Source of the DNA: a virus
Lineage: Duplodnaviria; Caudoviricetes
Length of the DNA stretch: 43,965 nucleotides
Virus record (IMG/VR): IMGVR_UViG_3300017784_007369
Coordinates: 1 to 43,965 of that record
Direction: 5' to 3' (one strand)
Shown here one piece after another: positions 37,632-43,965 of the stretch (its first letter is position 1; the number at the start of each line of letters is the position of its first letter). The notes beneath the pieces were generated by a model, which was not told where the DNA came from, did not search any database, and saw nothing but the letters and a program-made list of their open reading frames with translations. A program made the position numbers and the translations under genes.

Positions 37632-39566
37632 ATGGCAGAATCAAACGTATTTAGTAGATTAAAAAGATTATTCTCTACAGATGTAGTAATAAGAAATATT
37701 GGTGGTAACCAACTTAAAGTAATAGATACCGATCGAATTCAAACAAACGGCGTATTACAAACCAATGCCCTGGTCGACAGGTTCAATAGAGTATATACTA
37801 CGTCAAACTCATATGCATACAACTTAAACACTAGTCAGAACTATCAGACTATGCGTGTCCAGCTTTACTCTGATTACGAGGCTATGGATACAGACGCTAT
37901 TATTGCATCAGCATTAGATATTGTATCTGACGAATGTACACTAAAAAATGAACAAGGAGATGTGCTTCAGATCAGATCCTCCGATGAAAATATTCAAAAA
38001 ATACTATATAATTTATTTTACGATGTATTAAATATAGAATTTAATTTATGGTCATGGATTAGAAATATGACTAAATATGGAGATTTTTATCTTAAATTAG
38101 AGATTGCAGAAAAAATAGGAGTATATAATGTAATACCATTCTCAGCATATACAATCGTAAGATTAGAAGGTATCGATATTAGCAATCCTTCTTATGTACA
38201 ATTTAAATTTGATCCAACTGCAGTATCAGGAGGCACTTCTGGATATATGGCAACATATTCTGGAATGATAGAAGGTAAGGATGGAATAACATTTGAAAAC
38301 TATGAAATGGCACATTTCCGCTTATTAGGAGATGTAAATTATTTGCCATACGGCAGGTCTTATCTAGAGCCCGGAAGAAAAATATTTAAGCAAATGGTGT
38401 TAATGGAAGATGCGATGTTAATTCATCGTATTGTAAGAGCACCAGATAAAAGAGCATATTACGTTAATGTTGGAGCTATTCCTCCTAATGAAGTAGAGAC
38501 ATATATGCAAAGAATGATCTCTAAAATGAAGAAAATTCCTTTTGTAGATCCAAATACAGGTCAATATAATCTTAAGTATAATATGCAAAATTTACTTGAA
38601 GATTACTTTATACCAGTTAGAGGTAACGATACATCAACTAGAATAGAGACTGTACCCGGATTACAGTATAACGGAATAGAGGATGTTGCTTATTTAAGAG
38701 ATAAATTATTTGCCGCATTAAAGATCCCTAAAGCGTTTATGGGATATGAAAAAGACCTAACAGGTAAAGCAACCTTAGCTGCAGAAGATATAAGATTTGC
38801 AAGAACAATTGAAAGAATTCAAAGAATTGTACTATCAGAACTAACCAAAATTGCATTAGTACATTTATACACTCAAGGATATACAGCAGAATCATTAACA
38901 AATTTCGAACTATCTCTTACTACTCCATCTATAATATACGATCAAGAAAGAGTAGCATTAATGAAAGAAAAAGTAGATCTAGCAGCTCAAATGACTGAAA
39001 ACAATCTATTTCCTAGTGATTGGATATACGATAATTTATTCCACTTAAGTGAAAATGAATACGATGAAATTAGAGATCTAATATTAGAAGACAAAAAGAG
39101 ACAATTTAGGTATACTCAAATCGAAACCGAAGGAAACGATCCATCAGAGTCAAATCAAGCGTACGGCACCCCGCACCAAATCGCAAGTCTATACGGCGGA
39201 AACTCAGTAAGAACTGCCGCATCAAAAGTACCTTTAGGGTACAACGAAAAAGACCCAAGTGAACCTATTAAGGTACCAGGAAGGCCTCAATCTAAGGCTT
39301 CATTTATAAATACTGCAGACGATCCATTGGGTAGAGATAGAATGGGCTCATACGATATGAAGGCAAAACCATCATCAGGAGAGGATGCTACAGGTAGAAC
39401 AAAATATATAGGAGGTTCACCTTTATCGTTAGAAAGTAAACAAGCGCAAATAGTTTATTATACTAATAAATCAATGTTTGATAAAATTAATGTAAATCAC
39501 AAAGTTAATTTATTTGAGCAAAGTAATTTACTAGACGAACATAATATTATTAGTGATATTGAATAA
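37632..39566 (+). CDS. Portal protein (T4 gp20-like)
   Basis: LMEDAMLIHRIVRAPDKRAYYVNVGAIPP...EDYFIPVRG...IEDVAYLRDKLFAALKIP. Confidence 0.95.
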   Translation: MAESNVFSRLKRLFSTDVVIRNIGGNQLKVIDTDRIQTNGVLQTNALVDRFNRVYTTSNSYAYNLNTSQNYQTMRVQLYSDYEAMDTDAIIASALDIVSDECTLKNEQGDVLQIRSSDENIQKILYNLFYDVLNIEFNLWSWIRNMTKYGDFYLKLEIAEKIGVYNVIPFSAYTIVRLEGIDISNPSYVQFKFDPTAVSGGTSGYMATYSGMIEGKDGITFENYEMAHFRLLGDVNYLPYGRSYLEPGRKIFKQMVLMEDAMLIHRIVRAPDKRAYYVNVGAIPPNEVETYMQRMISKMKKIPFVDPNTGQYNLKYNMQNLLEDYFIPVRGNDTSTRIETVPGLQYNGIEDVAYLRDKLFAALKIPKAFMGYEKDLTGKATLAAEDIRFARTIERIQRIVLSELTKIALVHLYTQGYTAESLTNFELSLTTPSIIYDQERVALMKEKVDLAAQMTENNLFPSDWIYDNLFHLSENEYDEIRDLILEDKKRQFRYTQIETEGNDPSESNQAYGTPHQIASLYGGNSVRTAASKVPLGYNEKDPSEPIKVPGRPQSKASFINTADDPLGRDRMGSYDMKAKPSSGEDATGRTKYIGGSPLSLESKQAQIVYYTNKSMFDKINVNHKVNLFEQSNLLDEHNIISDIE

Positions 39567-39571
39567 CGTAC

Positions 39572-39580
39572 ATATTTATT
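39572..39580 (+). promoter_or_regulatory. Putative late promoter ATATTTATT
   Basis: Upstream of ORF 39600. Confidence 0.55.
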
Positions 39581-39599
39581 ATTAGTATATACTATTTAC

Positions 39600-40463
39600 A
39601 TGAGTACTATTAAAAAGCATTCTAAATACAAAAACACCGGAATCCTGTTTGAACTTTTAGTAAGACAGGTGACCTCCGATATGATGTCCAATCAAGACTC
39701 CAAGTCAGTGTCCATTATAAAAAAATTCTTTAAAGGTACAGAAATGTCTAAAGAATATGGATTATACAATACTATTATTAATGCACCTAAACTTAGCGAA
39801 GGAAAAGCTGAATCATTAATTAACGTTGTATTAGAGCAGAGTAAAAAATTACAAAAAGAGAAATTAAATAAAGAAAAGTATAATCTTATTCGAGAGATTA
39901 AAAAACATTACGATGTAGAAAACTTTTTTAAAGCTAAAATAGATAACTATAAACTCTCTGCTGCAATATATACTTTAATAGAATCTACTAATGATAGGAG
40001 CTATACAGATACTAAAACCATTGTAGTAAATAAATTAACTATTCTAGAGCATGTAACTAAAGAGTTAATGACCGAGAGTAAAATAGAAAAAAAAGCTGTA
40101 GAAGAATTTATGAAAGAAGATAAGGATATTAGAATCCTTGCTTACAAAATTCTAGTTGAGAAATTTAATACACAATACAATATCCTGTCTGACGATCAAA
40201 AACAAATACTAAAAGAGTACATAAATAATATATCAGATACTAAGCAGTTAAAAGTATTCTTAAATAATAAAATTGAACAGGTTAAATCTGAAATAGAAAA
40301 ATTAGTACCTAAGATAGATGATAAAATTACTACTATTAAAATAAATGAAGTATTAAATCTTATTCAACCGATATCTGAAAGAAAATCAATAAAAGAAGAT
40401 AATTTAGTTTCGTTAATGCAGTATTATGAATTAGTTAAAGAAATTAAACTATCATTAAAATGA
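39600..40463 (+). CDS. Putative head assembly / prohead core-associated protein
   Basis: 287-aa helical protein between portal and protease. Confidence 0.5.
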   Translation: MSTIKKHSKYKNTGILFELLVRQVTSDMMSNQDSKSVSIIKKFFKGTEMSKEYGLYNTIINAPKLSEGKAESLINVVLEQSKKLQKEKLNKEKYNLIREIKKHYDVENFFKAKIDNYKLSAAIYTLIESTNDRSYTDTKTIVVNKLTILEHVTKELMTESKIEKKAVEEFMKEDKDIRILAYKILVEKFNTQYNILSDDQKQILKEYINNISDTKQLKVFLNNKIEQVKSEIEKLVPKIDDKITTIKINEVLNLIQPISERKSIKEDNLVSLMQYYELVKEIKLSLK

Positions 40464-41074
40464 ATAACGATAAGGTAAAAGATTTTATTAAGAAGCAGGT
40501 ATTAGAGTATATAAAGGTTGAAGAAGAGTCCTCAACTGGAGGTGAAGGTTATTTAGGTAAGACTGCATATAATCCAAATAAGAAAGCACAAGGAACAGCA
40601 CATAATTATTTAAAAAGTAAGATGGGCTGGAAAGAAGCACCATCTATCCCTAATCGGCCCTCTGAAATGATTGACTATCAGCAACTGTTTGAAGACGATA
40701 ATGAACTAGAAACTATTCAAGATGAAGAAACAGGAGATCCTATAATAAGACATAAAATAACTGATAAAGATAAAGAAACCATAAAGAAAGCTCAAGCATT
40801 AATAGCGAAAGAGAAAGAGTTACAAAAAGAAAATTACTCTAGATTTAAAAATGAAACTAAAACTAGATCTAAATCAGAGCATTATCATAAAGCAATTTTA
40901 GAAGTTAAAAAAAGAACTAACGAGCTTAATAAATTATTAGAATACGCTATTAGACTAAAACAAGAATTAAACCAGGTTGATGAAATTAAGTCATCTAGAC
41001 ATACTTTAAATGCATTAGATAAGGTTACCGAAAACATTAAAGAGGTATATATCAAAGCTAAAAAATTAAAGTAA
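40460..41074 (+). CDS. Hypothetical head-region protein
   Basis: 204 aa with a coiled-coil C-terminus; VLE/LFE sites. Confidence 0.55.
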   Translation: MNNDKVKDFIKKQVLEYIKVEEESSTGGEGYLGKTAYNPNKKAQGTAHNYLKSKMGWKEAPSIPNRPSEMIDYQQLFEDDNELETIQDEETGDPIIRHKITDKDKETIKKAQALIAKEKELQKENYSRFKNETKTRSKSEHYHKAILEVKKRTNELNKLLEYAIRLKQELNQVDEIKSSRHTLNALDKVTENIKEVYIKAKKLK

Positions 41075-41075
41075 A

Positions 41076-41213
41076 ATGGCAAAAGTAAAAGGAGGAAGAG
41101 CAGCTTCTTCTGGAATTAAAGTAACGTTTGGTAAGAGAAGAATAGGTAAATTTAAAAAAAGACAAAACAAACACAGTAGTGTAGGTAAAAAATATAGAGG
41201 ACAAGGTAGATAA
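41076..41213 (+). CDS. Small basic protein (45 aa) ending in KKYRGQGR, not in the ORF track
   Basis: ATG 41076 to TAA 41213 fills the gap between two genes; very K/R/G-rich. Confidence 0.75.
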   Translation: MAKVKGGRAASSGIKVTFGKRRIGKFKKRQNKHSSVGKKYRGQGR

Positions 41214-41220
41214 TTAAAAT

Positions 41221-42870
41221 ATGAAACCAATACAAAATCAATATCAGGACCTTTTAGAAGGCAAAATGTCTAAGCATAATTTTTTAAATAATGTAAAAAA
41301 TACATTATCAGAATATGTTTCTAAAGGAAATTCCTACGAAGACGCCATTAGTATTTTAAAGAGTAAAAGAATTATATCTGAAAATAATGTCACCTCTCAA
41401 CAAATTCAAGACAAATATAATGAAATGTTTGGAAAAAATTCACAAACTACATTTACAGATGTTGCTAAGGCACTAGGTATTTCTGAACCAGAAATAGCAG
41501 CTGCTTTATTTATATCTCCTTTTAAAGAAAATAAGGTAGATACTCAATATCAAGACTCAAAGACTTTAGCTAAAGCTGTAGCTGGTAAATACCCGGAATT
41601 ACAAAAATTAGCATCACAAGATAGAAAAATGTTCGAAAGAGCTGCTTTTAAATATGCTGTTGAATTAATGAAATCAGCCGGTCTTTCAAGTACAGTTCGA
41701 ACGAATCTAATTAATGGATATGCTGATGAAGACTGGCCGTCAGATTTTATATCTGCACTAGGTAATATTTTAAAAAGCAGTGAAGACGATCAAGAAATAA
41801 TTAATAGATACGATCGTGAACAAGAAAAGCATGCACTTCCTGGAGGTCATACATTAGAAAATAAAAATTCATTTGATAAAGTATTAAATAGATTAAGCGA
41901 AGGAACAGCAACATTAAATAAATTTACCAACGAAATAGATACAGTTAATCCTATTGAATATAGAAACGGTGTTAGCTATGAAGTAGATCTAGTAGGAGAT
42001 TTCTCAGGAGAAGGATTACAAAATGCAGTTAAAAAAGTTCTTAAGAATCTAAAAAAAGATCCAATATATTATACTAATTTAAAAGCAGAAGCTACTAAGA
42101 AAATTAATAATAAAAAAGTAGTATCTTCTGAATATACTGAATTAAAAAAAGATAATCAAATAGATAAATTAAATCAATTAAAATCTATTGTTAAAAAAGA
42201 AATTGCTAATACTAAAACCTCTTTAAGTAAACAAGAAAAAGCATCTAAAGCAATGCCTAAAGGTGTTAAGTTAATGAAAGAGGATAAGGAAAATAATACA
42301 GAGCTATCAGCAGCTAATGTTGAAAAAATAATTAAAAAAGACGGCGGTGCTCGTGCCGATGTATTTAACATCGAAGATATAAAAGAAACAGGCGATGTAT
42401 ATGTTAGAAGCAAAGTATCAGGTATATATAGGCTAGTAGGAGATGCTCTTAGAACCTTAGAAAGTCATTTTGATGTAGAAGAAAGGTATGAAGATCATGG
42501 TGATAGGGATGAATATGTATACTTTATATCACCAAAAACATCTAAACCGGAACCAGAAAATAAACCAGTACGTAAACCATTACCGAATGATAATATACCG
42601 ATAGAAGATATATTTGAAAACGACGATAAAGCTAGGCAAGAAAAAGATTTTAGTAATTTTTCTAAAAAAATGATAGGTAAAAAATCATCTGCTCAAAATA
42701 CTATTAAATCTAAAATTAAGGAGTATGTTGTTAAACATTTAAAAAAAGAAGCTGTTGAATTTACTATAGGTGCTAGCGGTAACAAAGTATACAAGTCAGA
42801 AACAGGGGTAAGAGCATATGAAGACGAATTAAAAGCAGCAGGTGTAAAATTTACTAAAAGAAAAGCATAA
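41221..42870 (+). CDS. Modular head-region protein containing a DPxYY module
   Basis: AVKKVLKNLKKDPIYYTNL matches the C-terminus of ORF 24976; ISE/LSE/IFE/IKE sites. Confidence 0.6.
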   Translation: MKPIQNQYQDLLEGKMSKHNFLNNVKNTLSEYVSKGNSYEDAISILKSKRIISENNVTSQQIQDKYNEMFGKNSQTTFTDVAKALGISEPEIAAALFISPFKENKVDTQYQDSKTLAKAVAGKYPELQKLASQDRKMFERAAFKYAVELMKSAGLSSTVRTNLINGYADEDWPSDFISALGNILKSSEDDQEIINRYDREQEKHALPGGHTLENKNSFDKVLNRLSEGTATLNKFTNEIDTVNPIEYRNGVSYEVDLVGDFSGEGLQNAVKKVLKNLKKDPIYYTNLKAEATKKINNKKVVSSEYTELKKDNQIDKLNQLKSIVKKEIANTKTSLSKQEKASKAMPKGVKLMKEDKENNTELSAANVEKIIKKDGGARADVFNIEDIKETGDVYVRSKVSGIYRLVGDALRTLESHFDVEERYEDHGDRDEYVYFISPKTSKPEPENKPVRKPLPNDNIPIEDIFENDDKARQEKDFSNFSKKMIGKKSSAQNTIKSKIKEYVVKHLKKEAVEFTIGASGNKVYKSETGVRAYEDELKAAGVKFTKRKA

Positions 42871-42872
42871 CA

Positions 42873-43505
42873 ATGTCTAAGCAAGTATTAATAGAATATA
42901 ATACATTCAAGCCCCAACCCCAGCAACTAAATGAGGTTAGGCTAAATCCTAGTAAGAATTTAATTGTTAGCGGTAAAATGCAAGAAGCTAACAAAGCGAA
43001 TGCTAATAGAAGAATATATTCTAAAGAAATATTAGCAAGAGAAGTTGATAAATACCTTAAAGGACCTATTGCAGAAAAAAGAGCATTAGGAGAACTAGAC
43101 CATCCGGAATCATCAGTAATTAACCTTAAAAATGTATCACATAACATTTCTAGGGTATGGTGGGATGGAGATGATCTATACGGTGAATTCGAAATATTAC
43201 CAACACCGTCTGGTAATATATTAAAAGAATTATTCCTTAATAATATAAATGTAGGAGTATCATCTAGGGCTTTAGGATCTGTTTCACCTCTAGGCGAAGG
43301 CTTAGTTCAAGTAGAAGAAGATCTAGAATTAATATGCTGGGATTTCGTATCCACCCCATCTACTTACGGTGCATATGTAAAACCAATAGGTCTTAATGAA
43401 GGATATTCAGCAGAAGATATAATTCAAAGCAATAAATTTACAAAAGTAAATGATATAATATCGCAGATTATATGTGAGCAGGCAGGTGAATGCTGTATTA
43501 GATAA
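42873..43505 (+). CDS. Prohead core protein protease (T4 gp21-like)
   Basis: N.NRRIY, ALGELDHP, VGVSSRALGS, WDFVSTPS. Confidence 0.92.
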   Translation: MSKQVLIEYNTFKPQPQQLNEVRLNPSKNLIVSGKMQEANKANANRRIYSKEILAREVDKYLKGPIAEKRALGELDHPESSVINLKNVSHNISRVWWDGDDLYGEFEILPTPSGNILKELFLNNINVGVSSRALGSVSPLGEGLVQVEEDLELICWDFVSTPSTYGAYVKPIGLNEGYSAEDIIQSNKFTKVNDIISQIICEQAGECCIR

Positions 43506-43528
43506 TAACATTTAATATAAAATATAAT

Positions 43529-43563
43529 AAAAGTTCATAATTTTTATGAGCTTTTTCTTTTTT
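43529..43563 (+). terminator. Rho-independent terminator
   Basis: AAAAGTTCATAA-ttt-TTATGAGCTTTT stem followed by a T-rich tract, after the protease gene. Confidence 0.7.
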
Positions 43564-43576
43564 CGCATATCCCTCC

Positions 43577-43585
43577 ATATTTATT
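43577..43585 (+). promoter_or_regulatory. Putative late promoter ATATTTATT
   Basis: Between the terminator and the scaffold-like gene. Confidence 0.55.
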
Positions 43586-43681
43586 ACTGTATATGCCGTC
43601 CCAATACAGCATTGTTTTAGTAAAAAACCTTATATTGCTTGAATATCTCAAATAAGCAATTACAAACAACAAGATTTATAG

Positions 43682-43965
43682 ATGAAAAATCAAGAATTGT
43701 ACAAACAAGCAATTGCTGATGCTAAGAGTTTAAAAGAAATTTCTATGGCACAAGCAAAGCAAGCAATCGCCGAAGCTTTCAATCCTAAAATTCAAGAAAT
43801 GTTCCGCCTTAAATTATCTGAACTAGAAGAAGATGAATTAAAAGAGGACGTTGATAACATGGAAGAAGGACATGAATATGGCGAAGATGGTAAAATGGAA
43901 GAATCTGAAGAAGTTAATGAAATGACTTTAGAGGAAATCTTAGCTGAATTAGAAGAAGGTGATGA
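43682..43965 (+). CDS. Prohead scaffold/core protein (5' part, truncated by window end)
   Basis: MKNQELYKQAIADAKSLKE...AIAEAFNPKIQEMF...; very Glu-rich; follows the protease; frame stays open to the window end. Confidence 0.7.
   Translation, partial: MKNQELYKQAIADAKSLKEISMAQAKQAIAEAFNPKIQEMFRLKLSELEEDELKEDVDNMEEGHEYGEDGKMEESEEVNEMTLEEILAELEEGD

Noticed and set aside
36004-39566. Intein or intron in terminase or portal
   Set aside because: Lengths and motif spacing are ordinary, with no splice motifs or interruptions
341-43147. All minus-strand ORFs in the track (e.g. 2400-2720, 8671-8940, 20827-21186, 42174-42413, 42854-43147)
   Set aside because: Short antisense shadows of well-supported + strand genes or of the repeat; no recognisable motifs. 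The 341-580 and 352-549 ORFs also run through a + strand terminator
1-43965. Stop-codon reassignment (alternative genetic code)
   Set aside because: The standard code gives dense, intact long ORFs including terminase, portal and the 1598-aa protein

Overview
AT-rich, almost entirely + strand segment of a large T4-like (myovirus-type, probably jumbo) phage. The host is most likely Bacteroidota, inferred from TTG-N19/20-TAnnTTT promoter-like sites and the absence of Shine-Dalgarno motifs. Gene order: small early/hypothetical genes, a T5orf172/GIY-YIG protein, an HD hydrolase and a gp55-like late sigma factor (1-5.1 kb); baseplate/tail module (5.1-21.8 kb); GIY-YIG nuclease, primase and PD-(D/E)XK exonuclease (21.8-24 kb); an accessory block of about 12 kb (24-36 kb); then terminase large subunit, portal, head-associated proteins, gp21-like prohead protease and the start of a scaffold-like gene. 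The most striking feature is the 24-36 kb block. Unrelated cargo domains (Pol-beta nucleotidyltransferase, flavodoxin-like protein, ADP-ribosyltransferase-like domain, PD-(D/E)XK nuclease and others) carry a shared N-terminal leader (MIKLxDILxE or MKKQxIxExFxxMQxLAGI), and several are multi-domain proteins with (L/I)xE sites between domains. This suggests a modular capsid-targeting and protease-release system for virion-delivered effectors, and it includes an orphan leader with no cargo. All functional calls come from motif recognition by eye; no database search was run.
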